Part shown: piece by piece, positions 12,523-24,965 of the stretch
Numbering within the stretch: the stretch's first letter is position 1
Layout: each line of letters starts with the position of its first letter
Source of the DNA: Octopus sinensis
Taxonomy: Eukaryota
Length of the DNA: 64,000 bases
Direction: 5' to 3'
NCBI RefSeq assembly: GCF_006345805.1
Contig: NC_043009.1
Location: 19,964,001 to 20,028,000, forward strand
Notes under the pieces: generated by a model
Databases searched by the model: none
Told to the model about the DNA's origin: nothing
The model's input: only the letters and a program-made list of their open reading frames with translations
Translations under genes and position numbers: made by a program

Positions 12523-13472
12523 TTGATGGGGTGTGGGAAAGAGGATCTCCTTTGGCTCCAATACCAATTCAACTTTAAAACAAGACATATAAATATTTAT
12601 TTAAGAATACAAAAAATTATGGAACAGTCACAGCTGGAACGCCTTTACTCATCTGAATCACCACAGACCCGAGATTCAACAACAATCATCATTATCATCA
12701 ACAAATTTCTGTCGTCAATTCAGCGTGATTAACCAGAAACGAATCAATTCAAACCTACATTTCCGTATTTGTTTTAATTTCCCGATGAATTTAAACCTAA
12801 CTGGACCCTTCTCTATATTTATACAATGTTTTGGCTATAATAAATGCCAGGGTTTATGAAGATTTTAAGTCAGTCAGTGTGATGCCATCCTCTTACATTA
12901 TAAAGCCTACGTGTCATTTAAGGCGAGAGAGACATAAACATGACAAAAGGAAGTTGTGGTTGGATGGGAAACACGAAACGAGAAAGGCAACAATTTATTC
13001 ACACAGCAATTCTACGAAACAACAATATTAAAATGATATAAAGGATCGATGGAGGATGTAAGGAGAATAAAATCCTATCAGCTGGACAATAATCAATAAT
13101 AAATAACCTTTTGATTCGAGGAAAGATATGCTGAGAGCATATATATCTTTTTAAATATGCCATTGTGTGTGTATATATATATACAGTACAGTAGCATTGT
13201 ATGTGATTATAACCACTATACATGTGTGTGTATGTATACGTGTACAGATATGCGTGTATATAGACAGATGTGTATGTATGTTCAAGCAAACGAGAGCTGC
13301 TAAAAACAGTAGCCAAATCTTTCTCAGATCTCTCTCTGACCCATGAACACACCATTGCCTCAAGAAAGAATGTATAATACAATCATGGATGAGTGAACAG
13401 TCACGGTTGGAATGTCTATGATTGAGTGTCTGCCAGTGAGGACTGTGACCTAGGGTTAAACAGTATACTTAC

Positions 13473-13615
13473 ACATGGACACGGCCTGTCTTGATACTTG
13501 TGTCAGCTTTAAGGTTAATAAGTCCTGTCGATAGAAAACAGGCAAAGGTCAGGACAGCCATAACACTAAGCGTGAAGGCAAAGATTGTATTTGCTCGAGA
13601 GAGGAAAGTATTCAT
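13473..13615 (-). CDS. SPCS3: Signal peptidase complex subunit 3 (SPC22/23), first coding exon
   Basis: Translates MNTFLSRANTIFAFTLSVMAVLTFACFLSTGLINLKADTSIKTGRVH+GT, matching the recalled SPCS3 N-terminus (human [27 protein letters not shown]). 143 nt, then a GTAAGT donor at 13472-13467. No exon 2 found in the window. Confidence 0.93.
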
Positions 13616-16484
13616 GTCGGCAAGGTTCAGGTTTCAGGATTTTCACCAAAATATTTCGGCATTAACTGAAAAGTGATTCGCTCTGTATTAAAGGTTTCGT
13701 ATTTGTAAATATTTGCATTATCTCTAGATTATGTTCTGTGTATATGTACGAAGAAATATTGAATTAAAATTAATAATGACACACAAGGTGTTTTAAATAT
13801 ATTTATTAATTTATTACAATAAAATACAATATTTATGTTTCCGATTGTGTCATTGCCGTCAGTTTCCGTCAATCTTCGACTGGTTCTTCCGAACTTCATC
13901 GTAAAGTTCCGGAATCTGTTCTCCCGATTTAATTTTTCCTCTTGGTATCAATGTGATTCTTCATTCATTCTTCGTCTGAGTTTCCTAAAATAAATAACAG
14001 ACATATATGATGTGTTGATTCATGGCATTAACTAGAGAAATGGTGTGACTAGGAAGCCTCTGTAGAGACAGTTGAACATTACCACTATCAGTCACTGCTG
14101 TAGAGCCAAAGACTCAGCGTTGATGTAGTCATTCCCACTGCTAGAAATAGTAGCCAAATCACATCCTATAGTCTTTTAAAAAATGGAGGTGCTGGATAAT
14201 ATAATCTTGCGTTCTCTATGCATGGGAATAAGAGGGGTTGGTCATGACTGGAATGCATTTCATTATAGATCTGCTGATCTGAGGTTAAACAGTAACATTT
14301 GTAGAATCACTGCAAACTCTACATGGCAGTTTGACCGGCTAAAAATAGCAGTCAACATCCTACCTCCCTTCCAATCACAATCTACTATCTTAAAATGAAA
14401 GGAGACTGAAAATTTGTCGAACTAGGTGTATAAATAACACATGGTGGTCGCAGATGGATTGTCTTAAATGAAGAGGATTTCTAATTCCTAGATTCTGGGT
14501 TTCTTCTTTAGTCGATTTTGTTTAATCCCACCAGAACGAATAAAATATGTACCAGGCATATACGGCGGAATAGTGTAAAGGAATTCATTCAATTATATTC
14601 TTTTTTAAATATTTGAGTTTATACTCCTTCAGATAAATTATTTTAAAGTGATATTTCAAAGCTAGAAATAATTTTAAATACGTTTTAATTAAATTTTAGA
14701 TATTAGTTAAGTAGTCTGAAGAATCTGCAATGATTCTACAATTTATAAACGTTCTTAGTTGTAGTTTTGTGTAGAAATTTATAATCTGCATCATCATCAT
14801 CCTCATTCTATGCCTGCTTTCCATGCAAGCATGAGTTGGAAGAGTTACTGTGGTTCAAAGGTACCGGATAGGTCAGAATCGCTTCATTTCTTGCTTGGTG
14901 TCTACAGCTGGATGCTCTTCTTATCACCAACCATTTTATAGAGTGACTGGGTGTCTTTTTATCATAACACCTGCACAAGTGAGATTGTCAAGTCTTTGTG
15001 GGGTCAATGTTATATTATTGATATAGAGCAATTACCTAAGACTGTGCTTATGGACAGGAATGACCATTGAAATAAATATGGTACATTTATTGTGTTTAAC
15101 TTTTTACATCTTTACATGTGTACAAAAGGTGTATTTATAATAATGGTAAAGAACATTACTCTGTCTGAAGACAATGAATGAAGATTTACCACACAGATGT
15201 CGAAAATTATCTTGTTCACTCTGTTATGTTGTATATGCACCAACAAATACTGATCAGCCAGTAAACATTTACATAGGTACTCTGGTCTCTCATAAAAGGT
15301 TAGCCATGCCTTTTATGGCATATGAGGATATTGTGGTTCATAGCTGGAAACCAGAGTTGGTTCAAAAGAAAGCAAAAGCCAGACACATACTCAATGAGAC
15401 TAAAGACTATGAATCATTCTCCACTCATTTACCAATCAAACTATGGAATGTACGGGGTGTACTTTATCTTGGCACTAGCACTAGAGAGGTGGCCATGTAC
15501 TGTGTAAGACTAAAGAACTCTCACTGCTCACCGACGTGTTCAGTCACTTAGAGCAAAGACTCAGAAGACAAATAATGGACAGAATGTTTGGTTGAGAAGT
15601 GAATATATGTACATTCACTTCTCATGTAAAGAAGAATGGAATTCAACCTATCTGTATTCAATCACTATTGTTATCAATTAGTTTCTCTCACCCATCACAA
15701 GGTTTAAAGACTTGTTTCTATCCAATACATCATTCCATATTCATCTGCGCCGCTAGTCGCTACTCCCTCTTCCCCAGGCTACCTATCATTGATTTCTCTG
15801 ACTATCACCCAACTCTTCTGCTATGCATCACTTGTTGATTCCCTCAAAAACAAACCTGTAACTGCCTTACTTCCATTACTCATCCCTCAACCACCTCCTC
15901 ACCCACAATCACTCCCTTTCCTTATTATATTCCTGCTCTTTTCACTCATTCACCCTGGATTTGCTTCTGTCATTGCATCATTTTCGAATATTCCTGTGAG
16001 TCATCTCACTGCTTGAATGAACAGAGAGTAGTGAAGGTTTTTAGTCTTACAGGAGTACAAGGCAACCTCATAAGATCTGGTATCACGATAATGTATATTC
16101 AATAGACCAGTAGATGTCTTAAAATGGCTGGCGTCTGTGCTGAAACATTGCAGGGTCAAGAAGACTCATTAGTCTTGCTGAGGACATGACAACCTCTTCA
16201 GTTTTGGTGCCCCAATAAAATGTTCCCATTTGATTCTGCAAAGAGGTTGGCATTAGGAAATGGACCCAGCTTTAGAAACTAAACTGAAAAAGAAGTACAC
16301 AAGCAAATATAATTCATTGACCAGTTCTAGGAAGGCAGTGACCCTGAATAATCACTGATATGGACAATGACAGTCTGTGCAACCCATGCCAGCATGGAGA
16401 ATTAACTTAAAATGATGATGCTGATTATCATCATCATTACACATATGCATACAAGTATACACACACACACACACACATACATAT

Positions 16485-16605
16485 GTGTACATACATACAT
16501 ACATACATACATGCAGACATGCATACATGCATGCATACATACATACATACATACATACATACATACATACATACATACATACATACATACATACATACAT
16601 ACCTA
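16485..16605. repeat. (TACA)n tetranucleotide microsatellite
   Basis: Direct reading. Confidence 0.95.
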
Positions 16606-16780
16606 CCTATCTATATGGTTCAAATGTACAGAAAACAAAAAACAAAGGCAAGTGAGGAACAACAAAAATAGATGCTCAGGAAAAATGGAAAAGTCTTTGA
16701 TGTTTTGAGCCTCTGCTCTCAAGAGGAAGGGATGAGAGGGAAAAAATGGAAAGAGGAAGAATAAAATGTGTTGGGATTAA

Positions 16781-17001
16781 CCCTTTAGTGTTCACATTAT
16801 TCTGCCAAAATTAATCCTTTTTTATCCACATTGTTTTGAACTAATCATGCCTTATCTTCTAGCTTTGAGATTTTGATGAGGTAGTTGTTAATTTTTAAGA
16901 TGATATTGTAGGGTTGGTGTGAGAGACCAGATATGGCCAGTTTGAACATAAAACAGGCAGAGTACTTTTGGCCGGATATGGCCGGTTTAAATACTAAAGG
17001 G
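16781..17001. mobile_element. TTAA-target MITE (piggyBac-like ends), 221 bp
   Basis: TTAA (16777-16780) | CCCTTTAGT ... ACTAAAGGG | TTAA (17002-17005). A reverse-oriented homolog lies at 57814-58028. Confidence 0.85.
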
Positions 17002-17184
17002 TTAATGATTGATGAAACAACTCTATGTTGGCTTGAAACATCAAAGACTTTTCCATTCTTCCTGAGCATCAAACTAATACACCTGCTTGTTGTTCCTTCA
17101 TTTGTCTTCATCTTTTGTTTTCTGTAAATTTGAACAACATACATACATACATACATTATTATTATCATTATGGCTGCCCCCTCG

Positions 17185-17460
17185 TTACTGGTGCTGTGAT
17201 CGAATGTGACTTTTTAGCCCAGCTAAAGATCTACAATGTCTTGTACAGAATTGGCAACTAAAACCTTTACTGGTAATAGCCGGCTGTAGTTGTAACTGGG
17301 CTTCATGTACCTTTGCATGTTGTTTAAGTCCTCCTGTCGAATTACACTCTCTTCCACATGCCTGACAGATATGATTAGTATGGTGTGTTACTCCACCACC
17401 AGTGGCCAGGTTGTCACTCATCTATCTCGCTTTATGACTATGAAGATGACTCTTGAGTTC
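17185..17460 (-). mobile_element. Probable LINE (RTE-like) C-terminal fragment encoding two C2H2 zinc fingers
   Basis: ORF 17421-17185: CQACGRECNSTGGLKQHAKVH and CQFCTRHCRSLAGLKSHIRSQH. No TGEKP linker; upstream residues resemble an RTE C-terminus. Confidence 0.55.
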
Positions 17461-19574
17461 AGCTTTACTGAGGCAGGGTCTTGCACAGACACATACATAC
17501 ACATATATTTACATGTACATGCATGCATGTATGCAAATTTGCATTCAGCAGATATAATTGATCAGAGAAACAGTAACAATTTGTAAACCATTTCAAGGAT
17601 TCTCCATTTGAGGTTCTTTGGTGAACATTTTCACACAAACACATAAATTTCAATAGACACACACACACGCATAAACAGTAATAAAATATACACACTTGTG
17701 CTCTGTTGTAGTACACACACACATAAAAGTGCAAGTTTATCCATACACACACACATCAACCAATTCAGGTAACCACAAGTCCACTTTGTTAGTGACCAGC
17801 TTGAATTCTTCAATGGTAAAATTTTAAATCATTTCAAGGAAACACACATACATAAGCACATGCATATACACATACCATACACACATGCATTTATACATAG
17901 AGAGAGAAAGAAGCATTCATACATACATATATGCATAAGTACATGTACACGCATACATACAAGCATGCCTACATACACATATACACATAAATACATTACA
18001 TATGCTACACACATCATTATCTGCTGCCGAAGCTAGTTTCTGTTCTTCATAATCTCTCCTTCTTTATTCAATTCTTAAGTAAAACCTATTCTTATTCCCT
18101 GTTGTATTCATTTACTGACTTCTCTTCCACTATGTTGTCTACTGAACTAATCTAACTTCTTCTTCTTCTTCTTCTTCCCTTTATATTTATATCCTTTTCC
18201 TATAATTATAGATTTACCATTTAGCTTGATTTAATTCTTTATTATTCTTCTGATATCTTTCTTTCATTATTCTCATTGTTTCTAGTTTCAGCCATTTCTG
18301 CATTAAAGAATACAGATTCATATTCTTTGTTTCCCTTCATCTCTTGTTGTGAATTCTTTAGTACTGTGTTTTGGTATTATGTTCCTCTGGCAGAAACAAT
18401 AACACATTCACTTCTACAAGACAGAGAATGAAAAAGAAAAACAAAATGTAAAGAAAATCTAGTTTATAAAGGATTTCTTTGATAACCAATAGATTTGGTA
18501 GAAAGATCTTGTTTCTTTTTTTTTTAATTGTAGTTATTCTTTTATTGGAATCTAATGAGTAGCAGGTACTTCTTTTGAACGAAATCTTTGCAATGGCACA
18601 CATGTGGTTTATTTTGAAGATCTTGGAGATTTTCTTTGAAACCCAATTGCAGCAGTGCTATTGCTAAAATTCCCATCACATCAGTCAGTTAGAATTGTTT
18701 GCTGATTATGTTACATATATTTCAAAAAGGTTATCCTTATCAGAAAATTTATCCACATTTTGGCCTTTTCTTCTAATTCTCTTTCAGAAACTGTCTCAAT
18801 TTTCATGAAGTACCAATTGTCTATGGCAACAGGAACAGATGTTTAGAATATTTTGCTTCCAAAATACATCAAATGTCAGGATGAAATCTAAGACCATCTT
18901 ACTTTCAACCAAATTCTGTTCCTTTATAATTTGCAAAGTGAAATAAATTATTTTTCCATGAGTAAATTTCAAATTTTTGGCAGAACCGTTTCCTGTTGCC
19001 AAAGGGTAGAGTTCACTGAAGGATTCTCTTCCAAATGGTAAACTTCTTCACAGAAAAATATTTCACTCAACTGCAAACCACCTTCATAAGAAGCAGCAGC
19101 TAAATCTCCCTCAGACCATTCTTAAGTTCACCAAATTCTGTTGTTTCAGTGTAATGTCCTTAATCTGGGATTAGCTGATCTGAGAACTTTATGCACAGGT
19201 CTCTGTTCCCTGACATCTTTCATAGATAGAGTGCCTCTATATAGTGTGCCTTAGTGGCACACTATATAGAGGCACTCTAACAATTGTAATCTGTGTGTGT
19301 GTGTACACACACACATTAAAATTGTTTAACATCTATTTTTCCATGCTTGCATGAGAAGGACAGAGTTTGTTCAGGTGGATTTTCTGCAGCTGGGATGCCC
19401 TTCCTGTCACTAACTTTTACCTCTTTTCAAGCAAAGTAAAACTCCCTTTGACTAGACACGTTTTCATTGGAAGGGCACCACTTGCATGATGGTGACATTC
19501 ATATACAACTATCACTTGATGCCAAGCAAACGAGACAGTAACACACACACAAACAATATATAAATACATATACA

Positions 19575-19727
19575 ACAGGTTTCTTTCAGTTTCCATCAAC
19601 TAAACACATTCATAAAGCTTTAATCAGCTTGGGTCTCTAGTAAAAGACACTTGCTCAAAGTGCTATGCAGTGGGACCATGGGGTTGGGAAGCAAACTTCT
19701 TACCACACAGCCACACTTGCACCTATA
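19575..19727 (-). mobile_element. tRNA-derived SINE with CORE-like segment (related copies ~21630-21780 +, ~34905-35010 -)
   Basis: Minus strand reads GGCTGTGTGGTAAGAAGTTTGCTTCCCAACC..CACTTTGAGCAAGTGTCTT. Confidence 0.65.
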
Positions 19728-19749
19728 CGTCTGTGTGTGTGTGTGTGTA

Positions 19750-20045
19750 TGAAGGTGCATGGCTTAGTAGTCAGGATGTTATACTCACAATTGCAAGATA
19801 GTGGGTTCGATTCCCAGAAGGGGCGTGGTGTTCTTGAGCAAAGCACTTCATTTCACGTTGCTCTGTGATCATGTCGACACCTGACTCCTGGCAACCAGTT
19901 GCACCTGTACAGGTAATGTTGATTTGATGGAGGGAGAGTGAGTTTATGCCTACACAAACATTTGATCACTATAAACAAATCGTCCGTGTCTGGTTGTTCG
20001 CTAAGAAATTGTCAAACCCTCATACATCGTCTAATGACAGGAAAA
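19750..20045 (+). mobile_element. tRNA-derived SINE with CORE-like segment (second copy ~20620-20900 +)
   Basis: A-box TGGCTTAGTAGT, B-box GGTTCGATTCC, then TTGAGCAAAGCACTTCATTTCAC; shared body with 20620-20900. Confidence 0.7.
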
Positions 20046-20084
20046 TCCGTCATATGTATATATGCACTTATTAACATCAATATT

Positions 20085-20282
20085 GATTTCCAATTTTGGC
20101 ACAAGGCCAGCAGTTTCGGTGGAAAGAGTAAGTCAATTACATTGTCCCCAGTGTACAACTGGTACTTATTTTATTGACCCCAGAAGGATGAAAGGCAAAG
20201 TCAACCTTGGCAGCATTTGACCTCAGAAAGTAAAGTCAGAAGAAACGCTGCTAAGCAGTAACGATTTACCAGCTTGCTGCCT
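20085..20282 (-). mobile_element. tRNA-derived SINE, same family as 11860-12458 (other copies ~35340-35480 +, ~36995-37155 -, ~45415-45625 -)
   Basis: Plus strand shows ACTGGTACTTATTTTATTGACCCCAGAAGGATGAAAGGCAAAGTCAACC, the reverse complement of the central domain. Confidence 0.8.
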
Positions 20283-21059
20283 TAATTACTCTTGTAGACG
20301 CGAAGAGGCACGAAATTTCTTGCCCGGATGCTCTGTGACGAGCCCCAACAGTGCCCTTCCCCTTTGCTTCTATTGACTTTTGATTGATCCCCAAGCTGAA
20401 GGAGGCTACGGCAAGGGTCCCAGACACCTTCACCTCGGAGGACATTCATGGGTGGAGCACCAGAACAAGTGCATTGCAGTATGAGGGTCCTGCTTTGAAG
20501 GAAATCAGAGTTTTGCACTTCTTTGAAATGTGTCTCTCCTGAAAAATGTCTCAAAACTTCTGGAATGCATATTGTATAGACAGACAGACAGACAAAAACA
20601 TAAATATACTTATATGTGTGTGTGGAGGCACATGGCCTAGTGATTAGGGTGTTGCACTCATGATCATGAGACTGTGGTTCAATTCTCAGGTTGGGCAGTA
20701 TGTTATGTTCTTGAGCAAAACACTTCATCTCACTTTGCTATGTGACCATTTCAATGTCTGATGCATGGCAAAGTCCTAGTGGCAATGTCAATTTGATGGA
20801 GGGAGCGAGCTAATGTGCAACACAAACGTTTGGCTACAATAAAGAAATCATTGGTGCAGGCTGTTCGACAAAGAAATTGCAGTCTTTCTCAGACCACAAC
20901 AACCAGATAAGCATTATATATGTTTTTATACATAAATATACACACATACATTGTGTGTGTTTGTGTGTATAATTGTGGAAGGAACCTGTTGAAGAGGTAG
21001 ACACAGGACAAGGTGATGAAATCTGATCTTTGGTTGTTGAGCTTCACAGAGGCGATTGA

Positions 21060-21617
21060 CAAGTGACCAAGACTTCTGGCAATTTGCTGTTTGAGAAGCT
21101 AAGCTAAGAGAAGTCATGGTGTTGGCCAGTGCCAGTGGACACATAAAAGGCACTTATGCCAATGACATGTAAAAGACACCCAGTCCACTCCGAAAATTGG
21201 TTGATATTAGGAAAGGTATCCAGCCATAAAAGACAACTGGAGCCCTGGTGCAGCCCTTCAGCTGACCAGCTCCGGTCAAACCATCTAATCCATGCCACTA
21301 TGGAAAACAAATGTTAAATACACAAAGCACCATTTGAGCATGGTTGATGCCAGTGTTGGCTGACTGGTCCTGTGCCGGTGGCACGTAAAAGGCACCATTC
21401 AAGATTGGTCGTTGCCAGTGCCACCTGACTGGCTCCCATGCTGGTGGCATGTAAAAAGCACCCACTACACTCTCAGAGTGGTTGGCATTAGTAAGGGCAT
21501 TCAGCTGTAGAAACTTTGCCAGATCAAGATTGGAATTTGGTGCAGCCATCTGACTTGCCAGCCTTCAGTCAAACCATGTCAGCATGTAAAGCAGACATTA
21601 AACAATGATGATGATGA
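21060..21617 (+). mobile_element. Two adjacent RTE 3' UTR-derived copies ending in (GAT)n
   Basis: GGCACGTAAAAGGCACC and GGCATGTAAAAAGCACC modules, GAGTGGTTGGCATTAG, ACATTAAACAATGATGATGAT tail. Confidence 0.7.
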
Positions 21618-24600
21618 TATATATGTACACAGGCATGGTTATGTGGTCAAAAAGTTTGCTTCCCAACCAGATGGTTTTGGGTTCTGAACTGCATGGCACC
21701 TCCAGCCATGTGTTTGTCACTATACATCCTGATTGATCAAAGCCTTGTTGAGTGAAAAGAAGCCCATCAAGTGTGTGTGAGTGAGTTTGTGTCTTCTTGT
21801 TTTGACTTTGCATGGTAGCCGTATCATTGTCATCCATTTCCAATAATCTGCAAGAACATGTCTGGCCATGGGGAAATATCACCTGACTTGGAAACGGTTA
21901 AGGATTGATGATAAGAAGAGCATACAGCCGTAGAAAACTCGATCCAACCAAAGCAAGCATGGAGAAGTGGGCATTAAAACAATGATGATGGTGGTGACAA
22001 TACACATTCTCTTTTTCAAGTGGTGGCACTACACCATGCCAGGAAATTCTGTTCCTATCAGATCAGTTTCATGTTGTGTTTCTCTGCTAATAACATCAAT
22101 GTAGATGTATAGTCTTTAAGGGGGCAGAAATTTCCAGAATGTAACATCCTATCAGGACTGATGCTCAATACAACAGCAGTGACTAGCAAAGCCTACCCTA
22201 AATTGAACAATAGTAGAAATGAATAGATTGGGCGCATAGATCTTGTCTTGGACTCATGCTCTGAGATGTTTTCAGATCTCAAGATCAGTGAATGGTTGAA
22301 AGTGCATGGACAAAGAACATTTTTAGAACTACCAAACCACACCAACACTAATGACAGCATTGCAACTCTACATCTAGGATGTAGTAAAATCTGAATCTCA
22401 AAGACTATTCCTTCCTCTTCAGCTCCCTATAACACTTCATCCCTGTCAGTTGTTGACCTTTGACATAGTACATCTTACATATTTGTTGAACTGCTGCCAA
22501 AACACCGTCTCTAACTGATCACCCTCCCGCGCACACCCCAATTCACTTTCAACAGCTATTTTACATTGTCCCCTCTCTGCCAGTTTCTCTTGGAATCCCC
22601 TCCCACATACACCCATCCAATCCATCAAGGTTGTCAAAGCCAACATCATCATTTTTGTCAGACCAACACCTCATCTCTTTAAATAACTCGTTAATTAGAA
22701 CAATCTAACACTACAAACTTTGTTGCTAAGTAGAAGTGGAATAGGTAGAATATTCCAAGTGAATAGCCAAAAGAAATTCTCCAAAATGTTTATTTCTGTC
22801 TATGATGGAAAGAGGGGACATTGCTGTCTTCTCCCAGCACCACCAGACCAAAGTTCATGGCATTGTAGGTCCATAAGCAAGTGTCCTTAGCTAAGACACT
22901 CGGTACTAAAACAATATTTTGGAACGACTGCAACAGCTTGTATCTGTGCCAGTCACATTGCAACACCAATAATCACTTCTCAGCAGTTTCACTAACAAAA
23001 CATAATTTAAACTTTAAAAAAATAAACTTTAAAGATGTCATGGGTGGAGTGTCCCCCCACCCTTGGTTTACTTGAATGAAACTTCAAAATTATGTTATTA
23101 TACAAGAGTAGAAATCATTTGATATCTCTTTAGTTTTGTGTTGTTGTTAATCCATATAAATAAACCAGTACTGAATTTGTAACTTCAGATTGCACGACCA
23201 TGCTGGAACATTTAGATTAGTTTTAGGCAAGTATAAGTGAAAGAAACTCACTTCTTTTCCCTTTTTTTCAGTCCTATAATATTTAGTTCATGCTAGGGTT
23301 TGAACTTACAACAGACTACTCCAAGTCCTCAACAAGCAACTTTTAGCATACAATAAAACAATGTCAACATTCAGTCATCAGAAACTTCTCGGCCAGCTTC
23401 CACCCACCCCACCCCCTTTAAAATTACATTTTACTGTCTTTAATGTTAACTTTCTAAAAAAATACAGAAATCCTATTTTGATTCCTATGAGAAATCGTTC
23501 CACTTCTGTTAGATATCTTATATCATGCCTGACATTTTAAGCATAAAATGACTTTTTTCTTTCTTCTCCCAAACAAGATCAGAATTTTTAGGAAATCATC
23601 ATCATTTTCAAGAAAAGAAAGACTTTAAAATCTCTTCCTTCAATTAAACCGACCTCTAAGGACTTCATAACACATTGTGCTACAGACTTAGTATTTCCCT
23701 CCAGACACCTTTGTTAAATGAAACAGTTCAAAATACAACAAAATTCTTCAAGAACGATATCTGATCTTGGGGTACCGTATTTTTTTCTTTTCATAATTTT
23801 TTTTTGTTTTTGGCTTTCTTTAATATTTCCATTACTTACAGAAACCATTTTCTTATATTCCAAACAGTAATCAGAAATCTAACAAAAGTTCAAATAAAAT
23901 TCCTCTCAACTGTTTTGGCACACACTCTATTAGCAGTGTTCTCTTCACAAAATCTTTCTCTAGCATATAAGTTGCTTTGCTTTTCTTTCTTTTTTTTTTA
24001 AATCATCTTGTTCCATTTTCTTGCAATGACCCGAAATATTTTATATAGAACATGTTAGTTTGTTGTTTTTGGTTGTTTTTTATTTTTTAATTACTCGTTA
24101 GGTACTTTGTCCATCATACTTGAGTCTTGATCACTGGACTATTGTCTCATACATGACATTTATTTTTGTATGTTATAGCATAGTTTGCTGGTTCGTTTTT
24201 TTTTTTTTTTTACTTCCTCTTTTACATTGAAAGTAAGCTAAATAATCAATTTTAGCTCAATACAATAGCAAAAACATCTTTATTGGAAAAATTTCTCTTA
24301 AATTAGCAATAAAAACCCCAAACTCATTTTTAAAATTATTTCGACAAGAAACAAATATATTTTTTTTTTTAATTTTGAAATTCATCAAAGCTGCATCAGT
24401 TTCCAAAAAGATTGATTTGAAAGAACATAAAGATACCATCAATAGAACAGTAGAATTCTGAAACATTTTGGCTGGTTTAAAAAAAAAAATCTGTTTATAA
24501 ACATCTCTTATTGTGTTGTTGGGCAACTTTTTTTTCATTAGTTATGAGGGGAAAAAAATATTAAAAAGGTAACAGAAGAGAGACATGAAAATAGTTTCAT

Positions 24601-24834
24601 ATCAGGTGATTGAAAAATATAAACAAGGGCATGGCAGTGAGGTTTTCAAAGCTGAAAAAAACATTTTTTATGCAACTTTGTTGGTCAGAAAAGAAGAATT
24701 GAAGTGTGATTGCAACTTGAAATTCTTAGCAATAAGGAAATGTAAATATGGGAGCAGTCCCGTGTAAAAAGGCAGATCAAGCATTGATTGTGGGTAGTGC
24801 AGCTGACGCATGCACTGACACAGGGTAGGAGGAT

Positions 24835-24965
24835 AAGGTAGGATAGATAGGTAAATAGAGAGACAGGCATATACACAGGTAGGTAGGTAGATAGATAGAT
24901 GGATAGACACACAGATCAATAGATAAATAGACACAGATAGATGGATGGCTAGATAGGTAGATAAA
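24835..24965. repeat. Degenerate (AGAT/AGGT)n microsatellite
   Basis: Direct reading. Confidence 0.85.

Noticed and set aside
13800-13984. Alternative last exon of neurocalcin spliced from the EF4 phase-1 position
   Set aside because: No GT donor at Gly162 (GAT GGA AAA) in exon 33776-33579.
15174-15551. 125-aa ORF with VYAPT and WNVRG motifs
   Set aside because: Endonuclease-like words are in the wrong order and isolated; at most scrambled LINE debris, so not called.
17185-17421. Member of the cephalopod clustered C2H2-ZNF gene expansion
   Set aside because: Only two fingers, no TGEKPY-type linker, no splice evidence; context fits a LINE C-terminus better. Kept as an exaptation candidate only.
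18400-19190. Possible decayed LINE remnant, also 36050-36900, 54480-54830 and 58700-59200
   Set aside because: Motifs are too degraded to assign a family or boundaries without a profile search.
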